The notes: generated by a model not told the origin, from the sequence alone. Positions 1 through 10,363 are shown, counted from the first letter of the stretch. The stretch: 54,747 nt of DNA from a virus (IMGVR_UViG_3300037071_003643:1-54747); one strand, 5' to 3'. Program-made: numbers and translations.

Positions 1-58
1 AAGAAGGACAAGCGGACCTTCCGCCCAGCACCATCGGCAGTCGCGATCGAGCCCAAAT

Positions 59-151
59 CGCTAGCTTTCGGGGTCCCGAGCGCTAGGTTTCCTCGAGGAA
101 TCGCTAGGGTTCCAGGATCGCGGAGCTTTCCGTCCAACATCGCTAGGTTTC
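59..151 (+). repeat. Direct repeats CGCTAG(C/G)(T/G)TTC, probable terminase-binding (cosB-like) sites
   Basis: CGCTAGCTTTC 59-69, CGCTAGGTTTC 81-91, CGCTAGGGTTC 102-112, degenerate CGGAGCTTTC 121-130, CGCTAGGTTTC 141-151; ~20-22 bp spacing, immediately upstream of terS. Confidence 0.65.
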
Positions 152-163
152 AGGAGAATCGTT

Positions 164-625
164 ATGGCGCAACACGGACCAACGCCTGCATCGCGCAAGC
201 TCAGAGCCCTCAAGGGCGACAAGGTGGACGGCATCGAGATCGAGCCGACCAAGAAGGGTGTGCCGCGCCCGCCGAGCTACCTGTCGACGGAGGCGCTGAA
301 GGTCTGGAAGCGCATCTCCACGGACCTCTACAAGGCGGGGCTGCTGACGTGGTGGGATCGCGACTCGTTCGCGCAGTACTGCACCTCGGTCGATCTCGCT
401 CGCCAGGCGTATATGCACATCCAGCAGCACGGGATGATGATCACGGCGTACTCGAAGCAGGGAGACGAGTACGAGGTGCGGAATCCGATGGTGACCGTGT
501 ACAAGGAAGCGACGTCGCAGACCCGAGCGCTTGCCCGTGAGTTCGGTTTGACGCCTTCGTCGCGCTCTCAGATCTCGATCGAGGCGCCGCAGGCGGAGCG
601 AGACGGCGCGGCGTACCTGTCGTGA
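164..625 (+). CDS. terS: Terminase small subunit, P27 family
   Basis: PPSYLSTEALKVWKRI...RNPMV...LAREFGLTPSSRSQI; AGGAG RBS; precedes terL. Confidence 0.92.
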   Translation: MAQHGPTPASRKLRALKGDKVDGIEIEPTKKGVPRPPSYLSTEALKVWKRISTDLYKAGLLTWWDRDSFAQYCTSVDLARQAYMHIQQHGMMITAYSKQGDEYEVRNPMVTVYKEATSQTRALAREFGLTPSSRSQISIEAPQAERDGAAYLS

Positions 626-771
626 GCTGCGGCCCTCGGCACCGCTATCGGGGGCGATTCCACGGTCGGGGCGCGTGCGCGACCGATGAATGGTCGCACT
701 GGCACGTCACCTGCCGGCGCTGCGGCTTCGAGTGGCTGCAGCTCACCCTCTTCGAGATCGAGGCAGCATGA
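622..771 (+). CDS. Small Cys/His-rich hypothetical protein (49 aa; not in ORF track)
   Basis: GTGA overlap with the terS stop and ATGA overlap with the terL start; MSCGPRHRY...HVTCRRCGFEWLQLTLFEIEAA. Confidence 0.6.
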   Translation: MSCGPRHRYRGRFHGRGACATDEWSHWHVTCRRCGFEWLQLTLFEIEAA

Positions 772-2375
772 CGCCGAAGGTTCGCGAGCGATTCGACGAC
801 GAGAGCGCGGATCACGCGGTCGGATTCTTCCAGAAGGCGCTCGTGCACACGATCTCCCCATATGCGAGGAAGCCGTTCATCCTCGCGCCGTTCCAGCGAG
901 ACGAGATCGTCAGGCCGCTCTTCGGTACGCAGGTCTGGGCCGACGACCTCGAGCGGTGGGTGCGGAGATACACGCTCGCGTGGCTCGAAGTAGCGCGCAA
1001 GAACGGCAAATCCGAGCTATTGGCCGGTTTCGCGCTGCTCCTCACCGGCGCCGACGACGAGGAGGGCGCGGAGGTCTACGGCGTCGCGAAGGATACGGAC
1101 CAGGCGGGTCGCGTGTTCGGCGTCGCTCGCCGGATGCTCGAACTGGGCGGGCTCGGCGGTCCTCCGCGATCTGGACTGCCATTCACCATCTATCCGACCA
1201 ACAAGCGCATCGTGTACGCCAAAACAGGCTCGTATTACCGCGTGATCGCGTCGGATGCGCTGGGGAACCTAGGTCAGAACCCCCACGGCATCATCTTCGA
1301 CGAGGTCATCGCGCAGCCGAACTCGGAGCTCTGGGACGCGCTGCGCACCGGCTACGGGACGCGCGCGCAGCCCCTCATGATCGCGGCGACGACGGCCGGC
1401 GACGACACCACCAACTTCGCGCTCCAGGAGCACGACTTCAGCGAGAAAGTGGCTGAGGACCCGTCTCTCGATCCCCGGAGGTTCGTCTACATCAAGGGTT
1501 TGCCGCGCGACGCCGACTGGCGAGACGAGAGCAGATGGCCCGAGGCCAACCCCGCGCTCGGGATCTTCCTTCGGAAGCAGGTCTTGCGCGACGAGCTGAT
1601 CAGCGCGCAGTCGAACCCGCGCGAGGAACGGCGCTTCCGGATGTTCCGGCTGAATCAGTGGCAGGACGGCGGAACCGTCGGTTGGGCAGGCTCGGAGAGC
1701 TGGAAACAGCAGGGAAACAGCGGAATGGTCGTCGAATCGAAGCTCTCGGGGCAGCCCTGCTGGGCGGGCGTCATGGCGGCGAGCGCTACGGACGTCGCTT
1801 CGATCGCGTTCGTGTTCCGCGCGCCGGAGGGCGAGGGCGTCTGGACTCGCTGGCAGCACTTCATCCCCGAGGATCGACTCGACGACCTCGAGCGGCGATC
1901 GAGCGGCGCGGCGACGCAATGGAGCAAGAAGGGCGGTTCCCTCCGCGTCACAGAGGGCAACGAGCTGGATATCGACGCGATCGTGCAGACGATCCGCGAC
2001 GCGGCAGAGCTGTACGACCTGCGAGAGCTGGCCTACTTCACCGGGAACGCGCTCGGTATCGTCCAGCCTCTCGTCGCTGACAAGGTCGTCGAGGTTGTCT
2101 CGATCGGAGTGAACGCAGCCGGCTCGGCGCTCGTGGACTGGGAACGGATGCTCTCGCGCGGCGAGTTCAACCACGGCGGGGATCCCTTGGCAGCGTGGCA
2201 GGTCGCGCACCTGCGGGTTCGGGACTCCTCGGCCGGTTTGACCAGGATCGACGTGAAAGCCTCGCCCGAGAACGTCTACTCGATCGTTGCCGCCGAGCTG
2301 GCCATGCGGCGCTATCTGATCGCGAAGCCCCCGCGGAAGAGCGTGTACGCCTCGCGCGGCCTCATGCAGGCATAA
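768..2375 (+). CDS. terL: Terminase large subunit
   Basis: Walker A ARKNGKSE, Walker B IIFDEV, ATTAG, WPEANPALG; start taken at ATG 768. Confidence 0.95.
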   Translation: MTPKVRERFDDESADHAVGFFQKALVHTISPYARKPFILAPFQRDEIVRPLFGTQVWADDLERWVRRYTLAWLEVARKNGKSELLAGFALLLTGADDEEGAEVYGVAKDTDQAGRVFGVARRMLELGGLGGPPRSGLPFTIYPTNKRIVYAKTGSYYRVIASDALGNLGQNPHGIIFDEVIAQPNSELWDALRTGYGTRAQPLMIAATTAGDDTTNFALQEHDFSEKVAEDPSLDPRRFVYIKGLPRDADWRDESRWPEANPALGIFLRKQVLRDELISAQSNPREERRFRMFRLNQWQDGGTVGWAGSESWKQQGNSGMVVESKLSGQPCWAGVMAASATDVASIAFVFRAPEGEGVWTRWQHFIPEDRLDDLERRSSGAATQWSKKGGSLRVTEGNELDIDAIVQTIRDAAELYDLRELAYFTGNALGIVQPLVADKVVEVVSIGVNAAGSALVDWERMLSRGEFNHGGDPLAAWQVAHLRVRDSSAGLTRIDVKASPENVYSIVAAELAMRRYLIAKPPRKSVYASRGLMQA

Positions 2376-2383
2376 GGAGCAGC

Positions 2384-3748
2384 ATGGCACTACTCGAACG
2401 CATCGAGAACAGGATGGCACGGCGCTTGACGCCCGCGCCGCAGGCCAACAGCTCGCCCTTCGGTGGGAGTGACGGCGATCTCGCCATCGTGGACTTCACA
2501 CCCGAGGTCGTCGAGACGATCCGCCTGAGCGCAGCGAGCGTCGCCTACGATGCGCTGTACCGCACGCAACCGGCCGTGCGCACCTGCGTCTCGTTCCTGG
2601 CGTCGTCGATCGCTCCACTGAACCTGAAGGTCTATCGGCGCAGCGCCGGCGACGACGCGCCCGAGCACCTGCGCGACCATCCTCTGCAGCTGCTGCTCGA
2701 TCGACCGAACGATCGCACCCCACGCTTCGACATGATGCGGGATACGGTCAGCGATCTCGCCATCTACGCCAACGCCTTCTGGCTCAAGCAGACGGTGGGA
2801 CAGCAGAGACGGCTCCTGCGCCTCCCCCCGTCGTTCGTGCAGCCCCGCGGCGGCGACGTGTTCACCGGCGCGAGCGCGTACATCGTCACGAGCCCGACCA
2901 CCGGTAAGTACCTCACGTTCCAGCCGGAGGACATCATCCACTTCGTCGGGTACAACCCGATCGACAGCCGCATCGGCGTCTCGCCGCTCGAGGCGCTGCG
3001 CTACGTCCTGAACGAGGACTCCGAAGCCTCTCGGCATCGCGCTCGGTTCTGGAAGAACAGCGCTCAGCGCGATGGTGTGATCGAGCGCCCGCCGGAAGAG
3101 GAGAGCGGCGTCTGGGACGACAAGGACCGCGAGCGCTTCCGTGCCGACTGGTCGAACCGACACACGGGCACGGCGAACGCGGGCGATACGCCGGTCCTCG
3201 AGGACGGCATGAAGTGGAACCCCAGCTCCTTCAGCCCGAAGGACTCGGAGTTCATCGAGGGTCGCGAGTTCACGTTGGATACGGCCGCGACCGTCTACCA
3301 CATCCCGCTCGCGATCCTGTCGCGGAAGGGCACTGCGACGTTCGCCTCGATGAAGGAGTTCCGCAAGATGCTCTACGTCGATACCCTCGGGCCGTGGAAC
3401 GCGGCGATGGAGGGCGTCGTGAACCTGCAGCTCGTCCCCGACTTCGGGGATCCCGACCTGTACGTCGAGTTCAACATCGACGAGAAACTGCAGGGCGACT
3501 TCGAGGAACAGACGGTCGCCGCGCGGCAGAGCGTCCAGGTCCCCTGGATGAGCGTGGACGATATGCGAGGCAAGCGCGGCATGCCTCCCCTCGGGGGCAT
3601 CTACGCCGAGCCCGCGCGACCCGCCAACTACCGATATGGAGATGAGGACGCGATCGACCAACAGATGAGCGCTTCGGCCGAGCAGATCGACCTCGAGCTG
3701 GCAGCGCTCTCGGAGAACGGGTACCACGGGCCCGGGGAGGCACCATGA
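2384..3748 (+). CDS. Portal protein, HK97 family
   Basis: HPLQLLLDRPN, EDIIHF, GVSPLEAL, VLEDGMKW; AAGGAG RBS before ATG 2384. Confidence 0.93.
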   Translation: MALLERIENRMARRLTPAPQANSSPFGGSDGDLAIVDFTPEVVETIRLSAASVAYDALYRTQPAVRTCVSFLASSIAPLNLKVYRRSAGDDAPEHLRDHPLQLLLDRPNDRTPRFDMMRDTVSDLAIYANAFWLKQTVGQQRRLLRLPPSFVQPRGGDVFTGASAYIVTSPTTGKYLTFQPEDIIHFVGYNPIDSRIGVSPLEALRYVLNEDSEASRHRARFWKNSAQRDGVIERPPEEESGVWDDKDRERFRADWSNRHTGTANAGDTPVLEDGMKWNPSSFSPKDSEFIEGREFTLDTAATVYHIPLAILSRKGTATFASMKEFRKMLYVDTLGPWNAAMEGVVNLQLVPDFGDPDLYVEFNIDEKLQGDFEEQTVAARQSVQVPWMSVDDMRGKRGMPPLGGIYAEPARPANYRYGDEDAIDQQMSASAEQIDLELAALSENGYHGPGEAP

Positions 3749-4977
3749 CAGACGCAGAGCAGCAGTTCATCGAGCTGATGCGCGAGCCAGAGGCACGGCA
3801 GGCCTTCGTCGAGCTGAAGTCACGCGAGGCGCAGCGCGGCGTCGGTCGCAGCTACCAGAACGTGCTGCGTGCAGTGAGCTCGCGGCCATGGGCGATCCTG
3901 GAGCCGATGTTCCTGGTCGTCGTGGACGTCCTGACCCGTCGGGTCATGGGCGACCCGTTCTCAGCCGAAGAGATAGAGGCGCGCGTCGCCGCGGCTCGAC
4001 GACCCGAACCCGCTCCTTCTCAGGGAGGGGTAGCAGTCATCCCGCTCTCGGGCGTCATCGTCCCGAAGGCGGACATGTTCAGCGAGATGAGCGGCGGTAC
4101 GTCGGTCGCGTCGTTCCGCGAGAACTGGCGCTCGGCGATGGCAGCCAACGAGGTCACGGGGATCGTGCTCGACGTCGATAGTCCCGGCGGGATGGTCGAT
4201 GGAGTACCCGAGATGGCCGCCGAGATGCGCGGGGATCGCGGCCGCAAGCCCGTCGTCGCCGTCGCGAATACCGAGATGGCCTCCGGCGCCTACTGGCTCG
4301 CCTCACAGGCGGACGAGATCGTCGTCAGCGCGAGTTCGCGCGTCGGCTCCATCGGCGTATTCGTCGAGCACGTGGATGAATCGCAGTCGAACGCGATCAG
4401 CGGCAAGGTTCCTGAGCTCATCTACGCCGGCAAGCATAAGGTCGATACGGCGCCGCACGGGCCCCTGAGCGACGAGGGCCGCGCGACGCTCCAGGCGATG
4501 GTGGACGACTACTACACGATGTTCGTCTCGGACGTTGCAGCGGGCAGGCGCGCCAGCGTACGGGCCGTCCGGTCGGGCTACGGCGAGGGCCGCGTCGTCG
4601 GTTCGGCGCAGGCGATCGAACTCGGTCTCGCGGATCGCTCCGGTAGCGTCGAGTCGGTCGTGCGCGATCTCCTCGCCCGTGGAGGCGATCGACAGGTCGT
4701 AGCGCAGCTCGGGGGAACGTCGCAGGCCGTCGATTCGACGCCGCTGCAGTACTTCGTCGGCCCGGCGTTCGACCATTCCGGGACCACCACCAACCAGGCA
4801 CAAGATTCCATCGGCTTCATCGAGGTCGATGACGAGATCGTTCCCGAAGCCGCCGATGAGGAGATCCCTCCGCAGGCGGACACTCCCTCGGACGAGGACA
4901 GCGTGAGGTCGGACCGCGCGCTCTCGCCCGCCGAGGAAGAGGAAGCGCGGCTGCGAGCCACGCTGGCGGGACTCTAG
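3745..4977 (+). CDS. Prohead protease, S49/SppA family, with acidic C-terminal extension
   Basis: IVLDVDSPGG, MASGAYWLASQAD, VGSIGV motifs; between portal and capsid. Confidence 0.92.
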   Translation: MTDAEQQFIELMREPEARQAFVELKSREAQRGVGRSYQNVLRAVSSRPWAILEPMFLVVVDVLTRRVMGDPFSAEEIEARVAAARRPEPAPSQGGVAVIPLSGVIVPKADMFSEMSGGTSVASFRENWRSAMAANEVTGIVLDVDSPGGMVDGVPEMAAEMRGDRGRKPVVAVANTEMASGAYWLASQADEIVVSASSRVGSIGVFVEHVDESQSNAISGKVPELIYAGKHKVDTAPHGPLSDEGRATLQAMVDDYYTMFVSDVAAGRRASVRAVRSGYGEGRVVGSAQAIELGLADRSGSVESVVRDLLARGGDRQVVAQLGGTSQAVDSTPLQYFVGPAFDHSGTTTNQAQDSIGFIEVDDEIVPEAADEEIPPQADTPSDEDSVRSDRALSPAEEEEARLRATLAGL

Positions 4978-5045
4978 GACTCCGTAGGCGAGCAGATCGC
5001 TCGCCGAGTGACGCATCCGACAGGTACGGTACTGGAAAGGAAGTC

Positions 5046-6257
5046 ATGGGAGACGTTCTCTCGTACTTCGAGCACGAGAAAGACAAGCACGTCAAGGCAG
5101 CGCAGGCGATCATCAAGCAAGCCGATGACGAGAACCGCGCGCTGACCGAGGGCGAGCGCGCCCTGGTGACCGAACACACCAACGCCGCGCAGGACTTCGC
5201 GCAGAAGGCCCAGGACGCGCGCGACAACCAGGAGCTGAAGGAGAACATCAGCCGCCTGGGCGAGCAGCTGGCGAGCGAGCCGGAGGCCGTGCCGTCGAGC
5301 ATGGCGCACACCCCGGGCGACGCCTTCGTGAACAGCGAGGGCTACAAGGCCCTCATGGTCGCGGGGATGTCGGGCTCGTGGAAAACGCCGACGATCGAGT
5401 TCATGGGCGCCGCGGGCGACCCGGTCCTCGAGCGCACGTCGAACAACGACGACGTGATCTTCGAGCAGCAGATCCAGGGCCTCAAGACCCCGAGCCTGGT
5501 GCAGGAGGTCCCGTCGTTGGCAGGGCTGTTCGCGCAGGGCACGGCGACCGGTGGCGTGATCAAGTACATCATCGTCACCACGCGGAACGCCCCTGCCGAT
5601 GCAGCCATCATCGAGGCCGAGAACAAGCCGGGCGCGGAGTTCGCGTTCGACGACGCGACCGAGACGTTGGAGAAGCTGGCCGTGTTCATCCCGGTCTCGG
5701 AAGAGATGCTGGAGGACTCGCCGGCCGTTCGCGACTACATCAACCAGCAGTTGCCCTTCATGGTGCGTCAGGCCGAGGACAAGAAGCTGGCCGCCGAGGT
5801 TTACGGCGCCGCGACCGGAGTTGGTCTCTCGACCGACATCGGTGGCACCGACGCCAACGGCTTCGACGCGATCGCGGCCGGGATCAACGACGTCCAGGTC
5901 AGCGGCCAGGTCGATCCCGACGGACTGTTCATCCACCCGACGGACTGGTGGAGCATGGCGGTCAAGAAGGACTCGGTGGCGGGTCAGTACTACAGCGGCG
6001 GGCCCTACGCCTCGCCGTCTCGCAACCCCTGGGGCGTGCGCGTCGTCATCAGCCAGCGCGCACCTCGTGGGTTCCCTCTCGTGGGGAACTTCGCGCAGGG
6101 TGGGCAGGTCTGGCGTAAGGGCGGAGTGCGCCTCCAGGCCAGCAACTCGCACGACGACTACTTCCGCAAGAACCTCGTGGCGATCCGGGCCGAGGAGCGC
6201 GTCGCGCTCACGGTCTACTACCCCGAGTTCTTCAGCGTCGTGAACCTCGCGTCGTAA
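5046..6257 (+). CDS. Major capsid protein, HK97 fold
   Basis: N-terminal coiled coil, VSEEMLEDS, FRKNLVAIRAEERVAL; GGAAAGGAAG RBS. Confidence 0.93.
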   Translation: MGDVLSYFEHEKDKHVKAAQAIIKQADDENRALTEGERALVTEHTNAAQDFAQKAQDARDNQELKENISRLGEQLASEPEAVPSSMAHTPGDAFVNSEGYKALMVAGMSGSWKTPTIEFMGAAGDPVLERTSNNDDVIFEQQIQGLKTPSLVQEVPSLAGLFAQGTATGGVIKYIIVTTRNAPADAAIIEAENKPGAEFAFDDATETLEKLAVFIPVSEEMLEDSPAVRDYINQQLPFMVRQAEDKKLAAEVYGAATGVGLSTDIGGTDANGFDAIAAGINDVQVSGQVDPDGLFIHPTDWWSMAVKKDSVAGQYYSGGPYASPSRNPWGVRVVISQRAPRGFPLVGNFAQGGQVWRKGGVRLQASNSHDDYFRKNLVAIRAEERVALTVYYPEFFSVVNLAS

Positions 6258-6269
6258 GGGAGCAGTCGG

Positions 6270-7532
6270 TTGCAAACACGCGTTGGCGTACCGTGGCGGC
6301 CAGATGGCGGTTACCGAGATCGTCTCTGGTCGTTCGCACGAGAGCGGTGGCAGCGCGCGGGGTTCGGGCAGGGGATCGTCGAGGGGCGATCTCCTGCCGG
6401 ACCGTTCAACAGGTCTGCCGCGATCAACGACGCCGCGCACGGCGACTGGGACGTGTTCATCGTCGCTGACGCCGACGTGCTGATCGACGGAGCTCAGGTT
6501 CGCGAAGCGATCGAACGCGCGCTCTCTTCGGGGCGGGTCGTTCTGCCGTTCACCCACTACGTCGGGCTGACGCCGAACATGACCAAGCGCGTCCTCGACG
6601 GGTACGACGGGGACTGGGATCGCGGAGCACGGTTCAGGTCGCAGAAACACGAATCGTCCTGCGTCGTCGTACCTCGAGCGGCGTGGGAGACGACCGGAGG
6701 GTTCGATGAGCGCTTCATCGGGTGGGGACAAGAGGACGTCGCCTTCATCCAGTCGGCCCGGCTGCTCGTCGGCGAAGTCGAACGCATCGACGGCCACGTC
6801 TGGCACCTCTGGCACCCTCGCGCTCCTGAGCGCGACCCGAAACACGTGGAGTACCAGGCCAACCAGGCACTCGGGCAGCGTTACCGTGACGCACGCAGCA
6901 GTCGAGACATACGCGCGCTGATAGGGGAGAAGCAGATGGAGCAGAGCGAGCGCGCGGCGAGGTTCGCGCGCATCTACGACGTGAACGAATGGCAGGGCCG
7001 CGGTGGTGTTCGGGCGGGTCCTGGATCGAGTCTCGCGGCGACAGAGGAACTCGCGCGATCGCTGCCGAAGATCATCGAGGATATGTCGATCTCGTCGGTC
7101 CTCGACGCCGGATGCGGCGACGGGCAGTGGATGCCCGACCTGCCGGGCTATCTCGGCGTCGATATCGTCCAGCGCGCGGTCAAGACGTCCCAGAAGCGCT
7201 ACCCCGAGCGCGAGTACCAGGTGCTCGATATCTGCATCGACGATCTCCCGTATCGAGAGGCGATCATCTGCCGAGACGCGCTCCAGCATCTCTCTCTCGT
7301 CGATGGTCTCTCGGCCCTCAACAACTTCCGCCGCTCGGGTGCCAAGTACCTCCTGGCGAACACCCACCGAGACGGCGATAACGTCGATATCACCAGCGGC
7401 GAGTTCTACGAGGACGACCTCGAGGCAGCGCCGTTCTGGCTCGGTTCGCCGATCCTGGAGATGTTCGACGGACGCTGGGAAGGCAACGCGCATCGCTATC
7501 CCGGCAAGGTCTTCGGAGTCTGGGAGCTATGA
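6270..7532 (+). CDS. GT2/GT7-like glycosyltransferase fused to a class I SAM methyltransferase
   Basis: FNRSAAIN, DAD, GGFDERFIGWGQED, HLWH; C-terminal half GPGSS, VLDAGCGDGQW, ICRDALQHL. Confidence 0.85.
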   Translation: MQTRVGVPWRPDGGYRDRLWSFARERWQRAGFGQGIVEGRSPAGPFNRSAAINDAAHGDWDVFIVADADVLIDGAQVREAIERALSSGRVVLPFTHYVGLTPNMTKRVLDGYDGDWDRGARFRSQKHESSCVVVPRAAWETTGGFDERFIGWGQEDVAFIQSARLLVGEVERIDGHVWHLWHPRAPERDPKHVEYQANQALGQRYRDARSSRDIRALIGEKQMEQSERAARFARIYDVNEWQGRGGVRAGPGSSLAATEELARSLPKIIEDMSISSVLDAGCGDGQWMPDLPGYLGVDIVQRAVKTSQKRYPEREYQVLDICIDDLPYREAIICRDALQHLSLVDGLSALNNFRRSGAKYLLANTHRDGDNVDITSGEFYEDDLEAAPFWLGSPILEMFDGRWEGNAHRYPGKVFGVWEL

Positions 7533-8188
7533 GGGTCGTCACCCTCGTTCCTTGGCGGCCCGGCGACGCTCGCCGAGAGGAACTATGGCAGCACGTCCAC
7601 GGCAAGCTCAAGCAACTCGGCTTCCCCGTCGTGACAGGCGACGCGGAGGGTCCGTGGAGCCGCGCCTCCGCCTGCAACGCTGCTGCGCAGAGAGCGGGTG
7701 GCTGGGACGTCGCGCTGATCGCGGATGCCGATACGATCCCCGAGGCAGCGCCGGTGATGACGGCGGTCGAGCGCGTCGCGGCTCACGGCGGAGCGATCCG
7801 GCCCCACGACAAGCTCTGGTTCCTCTCGCAGGGTGAGACACGGCTCTACTTCATGCGCGGGAGGGTCAACTTCAAGCCGCGGATGGTCAACCGAGGCGGG
7901 GGTCTCCTCGTCGTCTCGCGGGACGCCTGGGATCGAGTCGGAGGGTACGACGAGCGATACATCGGCTGGGGCCACGAGGACTCGCACATGAGCACGATGC
8001 TCCTAGCGCACGCCAACTGGGATCGCATCGAGGGCAACGCGTGGCACCTGTTCCACCGGCGCGACGCCACGGATACGCCGGAGCGCCGAGCGAATCGAGC
8101 GATGATGCAGAAGGCGCAACGGCAGTACCGCGCCGAGATCGAGCACGCGAGCCTCGAGCGCGGCTACGACGTCGGAGCGATCCTGTGA
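7529..8188 (+). CDS. GT2/GT7-like glycosyltransferase
   Basis: WSRASACN, DAD, GGYDERYIGWGHED, HLFH; resembles the upstream GT domain. Confidence 0.85.
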   Translation: MRVVTLVPWRPGDARREELWQHVHGKLKQLGFPVVTGDAEGPWSRASACNAAAQRAGGWDVALIADADTIPEAAPVMTAVERVAAHGGAIRPHDKLWFLSQGETRLYFMRGRVNFKPRMVNRGGGLLVVSRDAWDRVGGYDERYIGWGHEDSHMSTMLLAHANWDRIEGNAWHLFHRRDATDTPERRANRAMMQKAQRQYRAEIEHASLERGYDVGAIL

Positions 8189-8793
8189 GACGCCTCCCGG
8201 ATCGAGACGTCGCGTGGCTGGAGAACACCCAGGGTCTGATCGAGTCCGAAGAGGGTAAGGCGCTCGCTGAGCAGGCGGTCCACGTCGATCCGAACCTGGC
8301 GATCGTCGAGATAGGTTCGCACACCGGCCTCTCCTCCTGCTGGCTCGCGCTCGGAGCGATGGAGGGCAAAGGAGCTCACGTCACCTGCGTCGATCCATAT
8401 CCTCCGCCCCGACCTGGCAGCGACGACGACCCCTGGGAGTTGGGCCCCGACGGCGTCCTCGAGCGCTTCAAGGAGAACATCGCGGGTACGACGCAGGACG
8501 TGAAACGTCGCAGCTACTGGCGTCAGGTGACCATGCTCAGAGCGACATCCGAAGAGGTCGCGGCCCAGTGGGTGCAGCCCATCGGTCTCCTGTTCATCGA
8601 CGCCATCCATACCTACGCGGGGGTCATGGCCGACTGGACGGCCTGGCAGCGACACGCGGTCGATCTCGTCGCGTTCCACGACTACGGCGAGACGTACAGC
8701 GGCTGTCGAGAGGCTATCGACGCGATCTCGCGGCGCGAATCGTTCAGAGACGTGCAGGTGACGGGCTCGCTCTGGCTCGGTAGGCGCGCATGA
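8185..8793 (+). CDS. Class I SAM-dependent methyltransferase (Methyltransf_24-like)
   Basis: IVEIGSHTGLS, LLFIDAIHTY, VAFHDY; GTGA-coupled start. Confidence 0.85.
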   Translation: MRRLPDRDVAWLENTQGLIESEEGKALAEQAVHVDPNLAIVEIGSHTGLSSCWLALGAMEGKGAHVTCVDPYPPPRPGSDDDPWELGPDGVLERFKENIAGTTQDVKRRSYWRQVTMLRATSEEVAAQWVQPIGLLFIDAIHTYAGVMADWTAWQRHAVDLVAFHDYGETYSGCREAIDAISRRESFRDVQVTGSLWLGRRA

Positions 8794-9407
8794 TCCCGAA
8801 GGTGTTCCATCGCATCTTCCTCGACGATCCGATACCGACTCGATTCGAGGAGTACTGGCAGGGCCTGCGGGCGCTGCACCCGACGTGGGAGTTCGTCACC
8901 TGGGATCGAACCGACGAGCTGTTCCCGCTAACCTGTCGTCGAGAGTTCGACGCGGCCGATACGCACGCTGGTCGCTCCGACGTTCTGCGGTACGAGATCA
9001 TCGCGAAGTTCGGCGGCGTGTACGTGGACACGGACGTCGAAGGACTACGCCCGTTCGACGACCTGTTGGACGGGGATCCATTCGCCGGCTGGGAAGATCA
9101 GCGCTTGATCTGCCCGACGGTGATGGGCGGCGAAGCGGGCCACCCCGCACTCCTGGCGCTCTTGGACAAGCTGCCGGAGTGGGTCGCTCGCTATGCGGGC
9201 TCGCCGCCCAATCGTCAGACCGGGCCCTACTTCATTACGAGGCAGTGGCGCATGAGGAGAGACGTTCGGCTCCTCCCTCCGGTCGCGTTCTATCCCGTCA
9301 AGTGGGACAACAAAGCAGCCCTCGGCGGCCCCTACCCGCCGGAGTCATACGCGGTCCATCACTGGGCAGCTCAGTGGCTCCCCAACGGACCACCTCAGCG
9401 CACGTGA
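8790..9407 (+). CDS. GT32/OCH1-like DXD glycosyltransferase
   Basis: MIPKVFHRIF, SDVLRYEII, GGVYVDTDVE, TGPYF, YAVHHWAAQW. Confidence 0.9.
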   Translation: MIPKVFHRIFLDDPIPTRFEEYWQGLRALHPTWEFVTWDRTDELFPLTCRREFDAADTHAGRSDVLRYEIIAKFGGVYVDTDVEGLRPFDDLLDGDPFAGWEDQRLICPTVMGGEAGHPALLALLDKLPEWVARYAGSPPNRQTGPYFITRQWRMRRDVRLLPPVAFYPVKWDNKAALGGPYPPESYAVHHWAAQWLPNGPPQRT

Positions 9408-10363
9408 AGATCGACCTCGTGGCGAGCGAACCGCATTACGCGGCGCACATGCTCCCGATCTGGAGCGCGCTCGAAGAACGAGGAGACATCTGGGCCTCCG
9501 GGCGTGCGATCGACTTCCTCGAGAGGGTCGGCCATGCCCCTCAAACGTCCCGGAGGCCCTCCAACGGTCCCGCGATGGTCGCGGGCTCGCTCGATCTCTG
9601 GAAGCTGGGCGGTACGGGGCACGTGTTCGTCGAGCACGGGGCGGGCCAGACGTACTCGAACGGTTCGCACGGCTACGCCGGCGGTCGAGATCGGGAGAGC
9701 GTCGCGCTCTTCATCTGTCCGAACGAGCACGTGGCGGAGCTCAATCGAACGGCGTACCCGCGAGCTCACTCCGTCGCCGTCGGGTGCCCGAAGATGGACC
9801 CGTGGCATCGCGGCGAGAGAGGCGTTCACGTCCCCGGCACGACCGTCGCGATCTCGTTTCACTGGAACTGCACGACGCAGCCCGAGGCTCGGACGGCGTT
9901 CGCGCACTATCGAGACGCGCTCTCGAGGCTCGCGAAGGCGTACCCGAACGTTATCGGGCACGGTCACCCTCGCATCTTCAATCGCCTCGCGACCGTCTAC
10001 GAATCGGCAGGTATCGAGTCGGTGGCCGACTTCGATGAGGTCCTCGATCGCGCCGACGTCTACGTTTGCGACAACAGCTCGACCATCTACGAGTTCGCGA
10101 GCGTCGGGAAGCCGGTCGTGGTGCTCAACGCTCCGTGGTATCGCCGCGAGATCGAACACGGGCTCCGCTTCTGGGAGTTCGCCGACGTCGGGATCCAGGT
10201 AGACCACCCGAGACAGCTGATAGCGGCGATCGACGGCGCACTCGCCGACGCACCAACGACAGCGCTACGTCGCGCGGATATCGTTCGAGAGGTTTACGCG
10301 ATGACAGACGGGCAGGCGTCGCTTCGCGCGGCTGCCTCTATCGACGCTCTCGAAAGGAGCTAG
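9404..10363 (+). CDS. GT-B fold transferase (TagB/TagF-like or glycosyltransferase)
   Basis: VEHGAG, VGCPKMD, GHPR, ADVYVCDNSSTIYEFASVGKPVV; GTGA-coupled start. Confidence 0.72.
   Translation: MKIDLVASEPHYAAHMLPIWSALEERGDIWASGRAIDFLERVGHAPQTSRRPSNGPAMVAGSLDLWKLGGTGHVFVEHGAGQTYSNGSHGYAGGRDRESVALFICPNEHVAELNRTAYPRAHSVAVGCPKMDPWHRGERGVHVPGTTVAISFHWNCTTQPEARTAFAHYRDALSRLAKAYPNVIGHGHPRIFNRLATVYESAGIESVADFDEVLDRADVYVCDNSSTIYEFASVGKPVVVLNAPWYRREIEHGLRFWEFADVGIQVDHPRQLIAAIDGALADAPTTALRRADIVREVYAMTDGQASLRAAASIDALERS

Noticed and set aside
4974-7493. 839-aa reverse ORF and similar long antisense ORFs (1269-2420, 2390-3727, 22998-24788)
   Set aside because: Shadows of high-GC codon usage opposite well-supported genes
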